Part shown: one piece after another, positions 44,771 through 54,408 of the stretch
How the letters are laid out: every line of letters starts with the position of its first letter
Numbering within the stretch: position 1 is the stretch's first letter
Assembly: GCA_040005235.1 (NCBI GenBank)
Contig: JBDTZG010000005.1
Coordinates: forward strand, 32,001-96,000
Reading direction: 5' to 3'
From: Acidobacteriota bacterium
GTDB lineage: Bacteria > Acidobacteriota > Thermoanaerobaculia > Multivoradales > UBA5704
Length of the DNA stretch: 64,000 nucleotides
Program-made: the position numbers and the translations under genes
Notes under the pieces: model-generated
Database searches by the model: none
What the model was told of the DNA's origin: nothing
The model's input: the letters and a program-made list of their open reading frames with translations, nothing else

Positions 44771-45174
44771 TTCCGGGTCATCCCCCAGGAGAGGGCGTGG
44801 ACCGCGCCGAACGCGAAGTCCGCGGCGGCGAGCGGCCAGAGCCCGGCGAGCCGCGGCTCGGACCAGGCCGCGGCGCCGAGCACCGCGGCGCCCAGCAGCC
44901 GGCCGGCGATCGCGACCAGGATGATCCCGGTATAGCGCCGCTGATCGAGGGCCGCGGTGAGATAGAGCGCGGCGAGCATGAGCAGGAGCACGGCGATCAG
45001 GTGGAGGTAGAAGTCCGCACCCGGCAAGGGGAGCTTGAGGATTCGCTGCGGCAGGTCGGGCGCCGCCACCATGACCAGGGCGAACACGGCATCGTAGAGC
45101 GCGCCGAGAATCAGGCTTGCGCCGAGCAGCCGGACGAACAGGAACCGGCGCGGATAGTCGATCGCTTCGAGCAT
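44767..45174 (-). CDS. Hypothetical four-TM membrane protein
   Basis: Hydrophobic ORF starting MLEAIDYPRR; overlaps the mlaE start. Confidence 0.7.
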   Translation of the reverse strand: MLEAIDYPRRFLFVRLLGASLILGALYDAVFALVMVAAPDLPQRILKLPLPGADFYLHLIAVLLLMLAALYLTAALDQRRYTGIILVAIAGRLLGAAVLGAAAWSEPRLAGLWPLAAADFAFGAVHALSWGMTRK

Positions 45175-45234
45175 CGGTCGAGATTCTAGCGTCAAGCGCC
45201 GTGACTCATCGGAAGTGTTGGAGAATAGGCGGAC

Positions 45235-46053
45235 ATGGCCGAAGAAAAGACGCCCTTGCCGACCGATCCGGTGCCCCGTTTCGGGTTCGCGGCGTGGTTG
45301 ATGACGGTGACCGGCAACGCCTGGCTGCTGTTCGGCAGCATTCTGCTCGGCGCGCTGTCGGTGCCTGCCTCCTGGGTGCCGCCGCGCGGCAGCTGGGGGT
45401 TCGTCCTGATGCGCTTTTGGGCGCGCGGCCTGCTCAAAGCGAGCGGCGTGGGCGTGATGGCCAAGCTTCCTGAGGGATTCGACCCGCAGGGCAACTACGT
45501 GCTGCTCGCCAATCACCAGAGCATGTTCGATATCCCGGCGCTCCTTTCGACCGTTCCCGGCCCGGTGCGGATGATGGCGAAACGGAGCCTGTTTCGCCTC
45601 CCGTTCTTCGGCTGGGGTCTCGCCGCTGCGGGTTTCGTGCCGGTCGATCGGGAGGATGGGAGCAAGGCGCGGCAGGCATTCGCCTCGGCTTCCGCTCACC
45701 TGTCGGCCGGCACCTCGATCCTGCTGTTCCCGGAGGGCACTCGCTCGCGCACCGGCGAGCTGCTCCAATTGCAGCGCGGCGGTTTCTTGCTCGCGATCCG
45801 CCACGGATTGCAGATCGTGCCGGTGGGCATCCGAGGGACCCGGCAGGTTCAGCCGCGCGGCCGATGGGACATCCGGCCGGGGCCGGTCGAGGTGCGCTTC
45901 GGCGAGCCGATCGACCCCGCGGCCTACGGCGTGCGGCGCATGAACCCGTTGATCGCCGAGGTCGAGCGGCAAATCGCCGCCCTCGCCGGGCTGCCGGTTG
46001 CAGCCCCTGCGGCCCCACTGGCTCCACTGGCTTCAAACCCCGCCGAGGACTGA
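45235..46053 (+). CDS. plsC: 1-acyl-sn-glycerol-3-phosphate acyltransferase family
   Basis: NHQSMFD, AKRSLF..P.FG, VDR, FPEGTRS. Confidence 0.88.
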   Translation: MAEEKTPLPTDPVPRFGFAAWLMTVTGNAWLLFGSILLGALSVPASWVPPRGSWGFVLMRFWARGLLKASGVGVMAKLPEGFDPQGNYVLLANHQSMFDIPALLSTVPGPVRMMAKRSLFRLPFFGWGLAAAGFVPVDREDGSKARQAFASASAHLSAGTSILLFPEGTRSRTGELLQLQRGGFLLAIRHGLQIVPVGIRGTRQVQPRGRWDIRPGPVEVRFGEPIDPAAYGVRRMNPLIAEVERQIAALAGLPVAAPAAPLAPLASNPAED

Positions 46054-46054
46054 G

Positions 46055-46420
46055 CTACTTTTCGTTGCGCCGGAACAGCCGGTGAAGGCGCTCATGGGTC
46101 TTCTCGCGCAGCCTTTCGATCCGGTCCCACAGGTGCGGCCAGCGCAGGAAAGCTCGGCGCATCAGCCGGTAGATCAGCTCGTTGTCCAGCGAGAGCAACG
46201 CGGCGCCGGTGACGATCGTGAAAACCCCCTGGATGCCGGGCAGAACCAGGCCGGCGACGCCCACCAGGATCAAGATCCAACCGACCACGAACACTCCGAT
46301 TCGGACCCCCAGGCGGAGCCGCGGACGCGGAGCAGGGGGCTCGATCAACGGGTCCAAGATGCGCCTTTCCGGCGTCGGTTTGACAAATCGGACCAGCGCG
46401 GTCCAGAATCTCTTGCACAT
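46055..46420 (-). CDS. Small membrane protein (PGPGW-like)
   Basis: GWILILVGVAGLVLPGIQG....GAALLS. Start uncertain. Confidence 0.65.
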   Translation of the reverse strand: MCKRFWTALVRFVKPTPERRILDPLIEPPAPRPRLRLGVRIGVFVVGWILILVGVAGLVLPGIQGVFTIVTGAALLSLDNELIYRLMRRAFLRWPHLWDRIERLREKTHERLHRLFRRNEK

Positions 46421-46440
46421 ATTGAGACTTGGTCGCAATA
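46420..46440. promoter_or_regulatory. Fur-box-like palindrome
   Basis: TATTGAGAC-TTG-GTCGCAATA (9-3-9, one mismatch), 34 bp upstream of the fur-led iron operon. Confidence 0.65.
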
Positions 46441-46473
46441 ATATCGAGGCGAGGCGCGAACGGGCACAAAGCG

Positions 46474-46980
46474 ATGGCCGAGATCCGTGAAAAAGAACAG
46501 TTCCTGGCCTATCTGCGCAGCTCCGGGCATCGTGTGACCGCCGAGCGGCTGGCGCTGTTCGACGAGATTTTCGCTCAACACGGTCATATCGACGCCGAAG
46601 AGCTTCACGCTGCGATGCGCTCCCAAGGGTTGAAGATTTCGCGGGCGACCGTTTACCGCAACCTCGATCTGCTGGTCGCGAGCGGTCTCGCGAGCAAACA
46701 GCGGCTCGGGGGCTTGAGCGACCGCCGTTTCCTCTATGAGCACGTTCATCGCGGCCAGCGTCACGACCACCTGATCTGCGCCGCCTGCGGCCGAGTGGTC
46801 GAGTTTGTGAGCCCCGGGATCGCGGCGCTCCAGACCGAGATCTGTCGCGCCCACGGCTTCGTGCCGACTCATCATACGTTGGAGATTCGCAGTCTGTGCA
46901 ACGCCTGTGCGGTCCCGGGGGAAACCGGGAGAGCCCAGCAGCCGTCGGCCGGCGTGCGAGGAGGTGGCGCCGGTGTTTGA
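46474..46980 (+). CDS. fur: Fur-family transcriptional regulator
   Basis: RVTAER, H.DAEEL, ISRATVYRNL, HDHLICAACG and SLCNAC. Confidence 0.9.
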   Translation: MAEIREKEQFLAYLRSSGHRVTAERLALFDEIFAQHGHIDAEELHAAMRSQGLKISRATVYRNLDLLVASGLASKQRLGGLSDRRFLYEHVHRGQRHDHLICAACGRVVEFVSPGIAALQTEICRAHGFVPTHHTLEIRSLCNACAVPGETGRAQQPSAGVRGGGAGV

Positions 46981-48307
46981 AGCCCTGGTCATCACGCTAC
47001 GCGAAGGAATCGAGGCGGCCCTCATGGTCGGCATCATCGTCGCCTTCCTCCGCCGGCAGGGGGGAGATCGGTATCTCAGAGCGGTATGGAGCGGCCTGGC
47101 GACGGCGGTCGGGGCGAGCCTCGCAGGGGCGTTTCTGCTCTACCGGATCGCGGTCAACGAAGAGGTGTTCGAGGGGCTGCTCTATGTTTTTTCCGCCCTG
47201 CTGGTCGCGTCTCTGCTGATCTGGATGTGGCGCCACTCGCACGAGCTGGCCGGCGAGATGAAGGGCAAGCTGTCGCGGATCCTCGACCGGGAAAGCTCCG
47301 GCTCGATCCGTTTCGGGCTGTTCCTGTTCACCTTCCTGATGGTCTTCCGCGAGGGGCTGGAGACGGTGCTCTTCCTCTCCGCCGTCTCGCTCACCACGAC
47401 CGGCCTTCAGTCGTTTCTCGGCGCCCTGATCGGCATAGTCTTGGCGGTCGCCTTCGGCGTCCTGTTCGTTCGCGGCAGCCTGCGGATCGACCTCAAGCGG
47501 TTCTTCGCGGTCACCGGGATCGCCCTCTTGATCTTCACGGTCCAGCTGCTGATCAACGGCTATCACGAGCTGTCGGAGGCGGGGTGGGTGCCGGCCAACG
47601 AGACGACCATGGCGACGGTCGGCCCGCTGGTCAAGAACGAGTTCTTCTTTCTCGCCGCGGTGCTCGCGCTGCCTCTTCTCATGCTGCTGATCCCGGGCAG
47701 CGCCGGCAAAGTGCCCGCCACGACTCCTGCCGATGCGGCTTCCGCCGCCGATCGGCGCCTCGAACGAGCGGCGGATCAGCGCCAGGTGCGTTCCCGCCGT
47801 TGGGCGGGGGTGCTCGGCCTCGCGATCCTCGTCGTCCTCGGGCTGGGCTGGGTCTACTCGGCGAAACCCAAGGCGCTCTCGGCGGCGACTCCTCTCGAAG
47901 TGGCGGATGGCCAGGTAAGGATTCCGCTCGCCTCTCTCGCCGATACGAAACTCCATCGTTACCAGGTGGAGATCGGCGGCCGGGCGGTCCGTTTCATCGC
48001 CATTCAAGTGGCCCCCGGCGAGGTCGCCGCGGCGTTCGACGCCTGCGTGATCTGCGGCCCTCACGGCTATTACCAGGAAGGCTCGAACATCGTCTGTCTG
48101 CATTGCGGTTCGGCGGTCTATCCGCCGACGATCGGCCAACCCGGGGGGTGCAACCCGATCCCACTCGCGTCTAAAAGCGTCGGCGGCAATCTGGTGATCG
48201 CCGCCTCGGATCTGGCCCAAAGCAGCGCGTTCCCGGCCGCCGGTGGCGGTATGCCGGGCATGCCGAATATGCCGAGCATGCCGAGCCAGGCGGGCCACGG
48301 CGGATAA
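46973..48307 (+). CDS. FTR1-family iron permease fused to a C-terminal DUF2318 (Cys-rich) domain
   Basis: Two REGxE motifs (LREGIEA, FREGLET); C-terminal FDACVICG..GYYQ.G..IVCLHCG...GGCNPIPL. Confidence 0.9.
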   Translation: MFEALVITLREGIEAALMVGIIVAFLRRQGGDRYLRAVWSGLATAVGASLAGAFLLYRIAVNEEVFEGLLYVFSALLVASLLIWMWRHSHELAGEMKGKLSRILDRESSGSIRFGLFLFTFLMVFREGLETVLFLSAVSLTTTGLQSFLGALIGIVLAVAFGVLFVRGSLRIDLKRFFAVTGIALLIFTVQLLINGYHELSEAGWVPANETTMATVGPLVKNEFFFLAAVLALPLLMLLIPGSAGKVPATTPADAASAADRRLERAADQRQVRSRRWAGVLGLAILVVLGLGWVYSAKPKALSAATPLEVADGQVRIPLASLADTKLHRYQVEIGGRAVRFIAIQVAPGEVAAAFDACVICGPHGYYQEGSNIVCLHCGSAVYPPTIGQPGGCNPIPLASKSVGGNLVIAASDLAQSSAFPAAGGGMPGMPNMPSMPSQAGHGG

Positions 48308-48314
48308 CGACGCG

Positions 48315-49553
48315 ATGTATCTACGCCTGCTCGGTGAATCGTTGCGTCGGGGCACCCGCCGCAAACTGCTCGCGGTGACCGCGATCGCCCTGGGTACGCT
48401 CGGCGCGAGCGCTCTGGCCGAGGTGCTACTCGCCTCGGGTGATCGATTGGCGGCGGAGCTGGGCACGTACGGCGCGAACCTCCAGATGGTCGCCATCCCC
48501 GGCGGCGGATTCGCCGCGGGCGATCTGGTCAAACTGCGGAAGATCTTCTGGCGCAACAATATCGTCGCCGTGGCGCCGCTCGCCGAGCTGCGGGTACGGA
48601 TGGCGGCGGTTTCCGGGGACGAGATCGTGGCGCCGCTGATCGGCACCTGGTTCGATCACCCGATGGACGCAGAGTTTCACACCGGTTTGCCGAAGGTGCG
48701 GACCACCCTGCGGATCGTCGGCCGTTGGCCGAAAGACGAGGGCGGCGCAGAGCCCGAAATCGCGCTCGGCCGGCGGCTGGCGGAACGGCTTGGGCTTGCC
48801 GAAGGCCAAGCGGCCCGCGTCGAGCTGGGCGGTCGGAGCGCGACCTTCCGGGTCGTCGGCCGGGTCGAGAGCGGCGGCGACGAAGAGGAGCAGGCGTTCG
48901 TGCCGCTCGCCGCGGCGAACGGCCTGGCCGCGGCGGACGCGCCGTCCGACCGGATCGCGCGCGCCGAGGTGTTCGCGATGACCACGCCGGAACAGCAGAA
49001 CCGGAAAGACCCGGCGCGGATGACCGGCGCGGAGTACGACGCCTGGTACTGCACGGCCTACCCCTCTTCGATCGCGCACCAGATCGGCCAAGCTCTGCCG
49101 AACGCCCGGGCGGCAATCGTCCGCGGCATCACCGACGCAACGGCCGAGATCCTCGGCCGGCTGCGGTCGGTCCTTCTGGCTTTGGCGTTCGTCGCCCTGT
49201 TGGGCGGCGCAGTCGGCGCTTCGGCCGCGATGACCGCCACCGTGCTCGAACGGCGGCTCGAAGCCGGGCTGCTCACCGCGCTCGGCGCGCCGCGGGGCCG
49301 GGTGGTGCTCTTCTTCCTTTCCGAGGCCGCCCTGCTCGGTTTGGGCGGCGGTCTGTTCGGCGGCGCGGTGGGTCTCGCGGCCGGTCGGTGGGTGGGGGCG
49401 GGCGCGCTCGGCGTCGCCGTCCCTTGGGCTCCCGTGCTGCTTCCTTGGGCGATGCTTCTCGGCCTCCTGCTCGCGGTCTTCGCGAGCGTCCTGCCGGTCT
49501 TCCGGGCGCTCGATCGCTACCCGGCCGCGATGCTCAAGAAAGCGACCGCCTGA
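48315..49553 (+). CDS. MacB/FtsX-type ABC permease (Fet-like)
   Basis: ELGTYGAN, KIFWRNNIV..AP, WYCTAYPSSIAHQI, VLERRLEAGLL.ALGA. Confidence 0.88.
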   Translation: MYLRLLGESLRRGTRRKLLAVTAIALGTLGASALAEVLLASGDRLAAELGTYGANLQMVAIPGGGFAAGDLVKLRKIFWRNNIVAVAPLAELRVRMAAVSGDEIVAPLIGTWFDHPMDAEFHTGLPKVRTTLRIVGRWPKDEGGAEPEIALGRRLAERLGLAEGQAARVELGGRSATFRVVGRVESGGDEEEQAFVPLAAANGLAAADAPSDRIARAEVFAMTTPEQQNRKDPARMTGAEYDAWYCTAYPSSIAHQIGQALPNARAAIVRGITDATAEILGRLRSVLLALAFVALLGGAVGASAAMTATVLERRLEAGLLTALGAPRGRVVLFFLSEAALLGLGGGLFGGAVGLAAGRWVGAGALGVAVPWAPVLLPWAMLLGLLLAVFASVLPVFRALDRYPAAMLKKATA

Positions 49554-50386
49554 TGCTTCTGCGGTTGGTCGGCTCCAGCCTGCGCCGCCGGGTGCGGCAG
49601 CTGGCGCTGATCCTTGCCGCCGTGGCGGTTGCGGCGGCGACGGTCGCTGCGCTCGGCGCCTTTGCGAACCGGGTGGAAACTTCCCTGGGCCGCGATCTCG
49701 CAGCGTTCGGACCGAACCTGACGGTACGGCCCCAAATCGGCGGCCCCGGAGCGATTCCCGCCGCCGAGGCGGCCCGGGTGGCGGGGATCGCCGGGGTTCT
49801 CTGGGTGCATGGGCCGCAAGGAGCGGCGCTCGGGTCCGATCGAGATTGGCCGCGCCTCGACGTGCGCGTCGAACCCTCCCGGCTGGACGATGTCGCCCGA
49901 GTGATCGAATCGCAGGTTGCGGGTGTCGAAGCCCGGCCCTTGCTCAAGGTCAGCCGTTCGGACGAGAAGGTGACCCGCCGGGTGCTCCGCCTGCTCGCCG
50001 CGGTATCCGGCGTGTCGCTTCTGCTCGCGCTCCTGTCGGTCTCGGCAGCAACCGCCGCGCTGGTCGGCGAACGACGGACGGAGATCGGCCTGATGCTCGC
50101 TCTCGGCTGCACGGTCGGCCGGGTGGGGCGCCTGCTCGCCTCCGAGCTGTTGATCGCGGCGCTCGCCGCCGCGCTGGTCGGCGAGCTGATCGGAGAACTC
50201 GCGGCGCGCGATCTCGCCCATCGGCTGCTCGGTGCAGTGCCTGCCGCGCAATCGCCCGCCGCGGTCTCCGGCTCGGGTCTGCTCGGAGCCGCGATCGTGG
50301 CGGTCCTGGTGGTCGGCGTTTCGATGAGCATCGCGCTCTCGCGAATCAGCCGGCTCGACGCCGCCCGGGTCTTGAAAGGGGATTGA
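49553..50386 (+). CDS. Second MacB/FtsX-type ABC permease
   Basis: DLAAFGPNL, GERRTEIGLMLALG, terminus ARVLKGD. TGATG coupling. Confidence 0.85.
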   Translation: MLLRLVGSSLRRRVRQLALILAAVAVAAATVAALGAFANRVETSLGRDLAAFGPNLTVRPQIGGPGAIPAAEAARVAGIAGVLWVHGPQGAALGSDRDWPRLDVRVEPSRLDDVARVIESQVAGVEARPLLKVSRSDEKVTRRVLRLLAAVSGVSLLLALLSVSAATAALVGERRTEIGLMLALGCTVGRVGRLLASELLIAALAAALVGELIGELAARDLAHRLLGAVPAAQSPAAVSGSGLLGAAIVAVLVVGVSMSIALSRISRLDAARVLKGD

Positions 50387-50390
50387 GGCC

Positions 50391-51428
50391 ATGTCTTCCT
50401 CCGAGACTCTGGTCGAGATCTCCGGCCTGTCGCGGCGATTCGGCGGGCTTCCGGCGGTCGACGACCTGTCGCTCGGCGTCGGCCGGGGAGAGTGGATCGC
50501 GATTACCGGCCCCTCCGGGTCGGGCAAGACCACGCTGCTCAATATCCTCGCCGGACTCGACCGGCCGACGGGCGGCTCGGTGCGGGTCGCCGGAGTCGAT
50601 CTCGCCGCCCTTTCAAGCCGCGAGCTTTCGGCCTATCGGCAGCGGACGATCGGTCTGATCTTCCAGCAGTTCCATCTGATCCCGTACCTCTCGGCGCTTG
50701 AAAACGTCATGCTCGCCCAATACGTCCACAGCACCACCGACCGGGGCGAGGCGACCGAAGCGCTCGATCGCGTGGGGCTGGGGCAACGGCTCGGCCATTT
50801 GCCGAGCCAGCTTTCTGGAGGCGAGCAGCAGCGGGTCTGCATCGCCCGCGCCCTGATCAACCATCCGCCGTTGATCCTGGCGGACGAGCCGACCGGCAAC
50901 CTCGACGCGGTGAACGAAGCGGTCGTCATGCGCCTGCTCTCCGACCTTCACCAAGAGGGGCACACCCTAGTGATGGTCACCCACGCCGCAGCGATCGCCG
51001 CCCGCGCCGATCGCGAGATCCGGTTGGAGCATGGCCGGCTCGCCCGCCCGGCGGAGACCGCGGCCGATGCGGTGCCCACGCTCACCGAGATCTGGCGCCT
51101 GCTGGTCGAAGACCGCGCCGCCGTTTCGGTCGCCCGCCGCGGCGTGGCGGACCTGCTCTCCGAGGGATTCCTCTTCTTCTCCGAAGGGAAGATCGCATTT
51201 ACCGATCACGGTTACGCCCACGCGGCGGCCGCGGTGCGCCGGATGCGGCTCGCCGAGGTCTTGCTCTCCCGGACGCTTACCGCCGGCGGCAGCGAATGCG
51301 GCGGAGAAAAACCGATTGCCGACGGCTTCGAGGATCAGGTCTGCACCTTCCTTGACCACCCAACCGAATGTCCCCACGGCCGGCCGATCCCCCCAGGGGT
51401 CTGCTGCCTTCGCCCGTCAGAATCTTAG
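50391..51428 (+). CDS. LolD/MacB-type ABC ATPase fused to a DtxR/MntR-like metal-binding domain
   Basis: [26 protein letters not shown]; C-terminal FTDHG...A...[11 protein letters not shown]...[21 protein letters not shown]. Confidence 0.88.
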   Translation: MSSSETLVEISGLSRRFGGLPAVDDLSLGVGRGEWIAITGPSGSGKTTLLNILAGLDRPTGGSVRVAGVDLAALSSRELSAYRQRTIGLIFQQFHLIPYLSALENVMLAQYVHSTTDRGEATEALDRVGLGQRLGHLPSQLSGGEQQRVCIARALINHPPLILADEPTGNLDAVNEAVVMRLLSDLHQEGHTLVMVTHAAAIAARADREIRLEHGRLARPAETAADAVPTLTEIWRLLVEDRAAVSVARRGVADLLSEGFLFFSEGKIAFTDHGYAHAAAAVRRMRLAEVLLSRTLTAGGSECGGEKPIADGFEDQVCTFLDHPTECPHGRPIPPGVCCLRPSES

Positions 51429-51694
51429 GCGAGCCCCAGCTCTTCGAGAGACCGAGCGGTCAGCAGGCGTTCGGCGAGGGATCCGAGCTCATCGGTGGAA
51501 GAGATCGCCTGGACTCGTTCGACAGCTTGCCCGGGCAGTGCCGGGAAACGTTTGCGTAGCAGGCGCAGGAGAACTTCGTGCATGTCTTCGAGCCCTCGCG
51601 CCAAACCCCGCGCGAGACCCTGTTCCACCCCCCGCGCGAGACCTTGTTCCACCCCCCGCGCCTCGACCTTCTCTTCCCAGGTAATCGGTCGCAT
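51425..51694 (-). CDS. RpnS-like internal small protein, copy 1 (89 aa)
   Basis: GGAGG-CAAAG-ATG internal RBS; MRPITWEEKVEARGVEQGLARG...LLRLLRKRF...SLEELGLA. Confidence 0.6.
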   Translation of the reverse strand: MRPITWEEKVEARGVEQGLARGVEQGLARGLARGLEDMHEVLLRLLRKRFPALPGQAVERVQAISSTDELGSLAERLLTARSLEELGLA

Positions 51695-51986
51695 CTTTGC
51701 CTCCGGGCCGGTTTCGGCCGCTCGCAACGCCGCGTACTCCGCTGCGGCGCCGCCGTCCAATTCTAAATAGGTTGCCACGCTGTTCGCCCTCGTGACTTTC
51801 CACCCACGCAACCAGGTCGAGCCTGCGCTCTCTGCTGCGAGGGGCGTCCGAGGGCGCTTCGGCCGGCCGAAACTCGATCGCGTCGAGCTTCAGCCGGGGC
51901 GCCAGGTCCGGTCCGGCCAGCCGGACGAAGTCGGCCGGAAACGTCTGAATCAGATCCTTCCAAAGTTGATCGTGACCACCCGCCAT
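51425..51986 (-). pseudogene. Rpn/YhgA-like (transposase_31/DUF4351) nuclease gene with internal deletion and frameshift
   Basis: N-terminus MAGGHDQLWKDLIQTFPADF...RRLDLVAWVESHEGEQ is joined out of frame to the C-terminal part VATYLEL...SLEELGLA. Confidence 0.82.
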
Positions 51987-52106
51987 CCTGGGTCCTCCCG
52001 AAGTGGCCTCTTCCGGCGAGGCCTGGGTACGGACCTAAAAGACGTCAAAGGGTGGGTTGAGTCTCGATACTTTGGGTGACCGAACTACAAAACGACGGGC
52101 TGGCGC

Positions 52107-52340
52107 CTATGCCAGCCCCAGCTCTTCGAGAGACCGGGCGGTCAGCAGCCGCTCGGCGAGGGAACCGAGCTCTTCGGTTGAGGTCATGGCCCGGATTCGC
52201 TCGATCGCCTGTCCGGGCAGGGTCGCGAATCGCGTCCGTATTTGACGTAACAGAACCTCGTGCGTAGCCTCCAGCCCACGCGCCAAGCCCAGCTCCACGC
52301 CCCGTGCCTCCACCTTCCCTTCCCAGGTAATCGGTCGCAT
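52107..52340 (-). CDS. RpnS-like internal small protein, copy 2 (77 aa)
   Basis: Same GGAGG-CAAAG-ATG RBS; MRPITWEGKVEARGVELGLARG...SLEELGLA. Confidence 0.6.
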   Translation of the reverse strand: MRPITWEGKVEARGVELGLARGLEATHEVLLRQIRTRFATLPGQAIERIRAMTSTEELGSLAERLLTARSLEELGLA

Positions 52341-52876
52341 CTTTGCCTCCGGGCCGGTTTCGGCCGCTCGCAACGCCGCGTACTCCGTCGCGGCGCCGCC
52401 GTCCAATTCTAAATAGGTTGCCACGCCGTTGAACAGACGGAATCGCGCGCTGTCGTCGATTCCCTTGGCCGCCGCGATTTTCGACAGACACTTGCGTCTC
52501 AAAGCCCGCCTGTCGCCGTTCGGCGCCCGGGCGAGCGCCGCACAGACCCAAGCGAGCGGTTCGGGGCACGCGAGAAAGTTCTCGGCCCGGGCTTGCGAGA
52601 GGCCCAAGCTTCGATAGCGGAAGCGCGTTCCTTCAAAGCCCAACGACTCTTCCAGGTGCTCGACCACCTGGGCTCCCGCAGGGCCGCCGTGCAGGTACAA
52701 CGCGATGGTTTGCACGGGCAGGCCGAACCGCAAGGCGAGCAGGCGGTTGTAGGCCAAGAGGCGAATCGCCGTCGCGGTGCGGAACTGCAGCTCGATTTCG
52801 ACGTGGAGAAGCGCCTGCTCTCCCTCATGACTTTCCACCCACGCAATCAGGTCGAGCCTGCGCTCTCTGCTGCGAG
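52107..52876 (-). pseudogene. 5'-truncated Rpn/YhgA-like nuclease gene
   Basis: Begins abruptly at SRERRLDLIAWVES; retains LLHVEIELQ, RLLAYNRLL, PVQTIALYL and a DUF4351-like tail. Confidence 0.82.
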
Positions 52877-53072
52877 AGCCGAGAAGCCATGAACAGAGTA
52901 CGGGAGGCTCCGTGCCGCTCCCCGCTCCCCGCTCACCCCGCCAAGTAGCTGATTTACCTCCACCCGGCCGGGCGGCGTCAAGGCCGGGGGGCAGGGGAGG
53001 TCAGGACCCGAAAACCGGCCTGGTCAAAGTGATCATCGAAAGCGAGGGCGACTTCGACACCCGCTTGGCGCA

Positions 53073-53300
53073 CTACGACGAACGAGTGGCAATCTGGTCG
53101 AGATTGGCGGCGAAATCTTCCGGCCCCTCGATCCTGATCCTCTGGAGCTTGGCCAGCAAACCCGGCCTCTCAGGCGCAACGACTTTCTTTCGAGCCGGAA
53201 CGACCTCGCTTCGGTGGGCTGTGACTTTTGGGCCGATCTCGGGAATGACTCGCTTGGTGGAAGATCTCACTCCACACCTCTTGTGGTCGCTGGCCCCCAC
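53073..53300 (-). CDS. Small hypothetical protein, possible antitoxin-like remnant
   Basis: C-terminal LLAKLQRIRIEGPEDFAANLD looks protein-like; start uncertain. Confidence 0.35.
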   Translation of the reverse strand: MGASDHKRCGVRSSTKRVIPEIGPKVTAHRSEVVPARKKVVAPERPGLLAKLQRIRIEGPEDFAANLDQIATRSS

Positions 53301-53414
53301 ATCAAGCAGGATAAGGGCTGATTCCTCTCAAGAGAGTATGGCACACGAGCGCCGACCCCGATTCGCCAACCATGCCGACTAGGCCTGCCACCCCCGCCCC
53401 ACCCCGCCGGCCCG

Positions 53415-53443
53415 TTGACACCCCTGGGGGCGCGGGACACAAT
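53415..53443 (+). promoter_or_regulatory. Sigma-70-type promoter of the nuo operon
   Basis: TTGACA-N17-CACAAT upstream of nuoA. Confidence 0.6.
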
Positions 53444-53512
53444 CCGGGCAGCTCAAGGCACGATGTCCGGAGAAGGTCGCTCCAGAGACGCCTGTAGGGT
53501 TCTAGGAGACGA

Positions 53513-53869
53513 ATGGCCAATTACCTCCCGATCCTCGTATTCGTGGTCATCGCCGGGTTGTTTCTGGCGTCCACGCTGCTCGTGGCTCGGTTGCTTCGGC
53601 ATCGGGGGTTCGGGAGGACGAACCTCGATCCGTACGAGTGCGGCAACGAGGCGGTCAGTTTCGCCCACGACCACCGGTTTTCGGTGCGCTATTACCTGAT
53701 CGCGGTGCTGTTCGTGGTGTTCGACGTCGAGACCGTCTTTTTGCTCCCTTGGGCCGTCTTGTTCGACAAGCTCGCGCTGTTCGGGTTCGTCGAGATGATG
53801 GTCTTCCTTGCGATTTTGATCGGCGGGTACGTCTACGTTTGGAACCGGGGGGCGCTGGAATGGGCTTGA
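53513..53869 (+). CDS. nuoA: NADH-quinone oxidoreductase subunit A
   Basis: [36 protein letters not shown]. Confidence 0.95.
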   Translation: MANYLPILVFVVIAGLFLASTLLVARLLRHRGFGRTNLDPYECGNEAVSFAHDHRFSVRYYLIAVLFVVFDVETVFLLPWAVLFDKLALFGFVEMMVFLAILIGGYVYVWNRGALEWA

Positions 53870-54408
53870 AGGTTCTGGACGAGACAGGCGACTCACCCTC
53901 GGGCGCTGTGGAGTCGAACGTTCTTACTACCACGTACGACAAGATCTTCAATTGGGCGCGCCGGTCGGCGATTTGGCCGATGCAGTTCGGCCTCGCCTGC
54001 TGCGCGATCGAGATGATGGCGGTCCTCGATCCGCGACACGACATGTCGCGCTTCGGCGCCGAGGTGTTTCGGGCGACGCCGCGGCAGAGCGACCTGATGA
54101 TTGTCGCCGGCACCGTGACCGAGAAAATGGCGCCGATCGTCCGCCGGTTGTGGGATCAGATGCCCGAGCCGAAATGGTCGATCGCGATGGGCGCCTGCGC
54201 CACCTGCGGCGGGCCGTACCGGACCTACGCGGTGACTCAAGGGGTCGATCGGGTCATCCCGGTAGACGTCTACGTGCCCGGCTGCCCGCCGCGACCCGAG
54301 GCGCTGCTCTGGGGCCTGCTCCACCTGCAGCGGAAGATCGACCGGATGAAGAGCGCCGGGGGAGTCCTGGAACGCCCCAAGCCGCGGCCCGGCGAGGCGC
54401 CGCGATGA
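53860..54408 (+). CDS. nuoB: NADH-quinone oxidoreductase subunit B
   Basis: [36 protein letters not shown]. Confidence 0.96.
   Translation: MGLKVLDETGDSPSGAVESNVLTTTYDKIFNWARRSAIWPMQFGLACCAIEMMAVLDPRHDMSRFGAEVFRATPRQSDLMIVAGTVTEKMAPIVRRLWDQMPEPKWSIAMGACATCGGPYRTYAVTQGVDRVIPVDVYVPGCPPRPEALLWGLLHLQRKIDRMKSAGGVLERPKPRPGEAPR

Noticed and set aside
51425-52876. Active insertion sequence
   Set aside because: Rpn/transposase_31 proteins are not DDE transposases; no terminal inverted repeats or target duplication seen.
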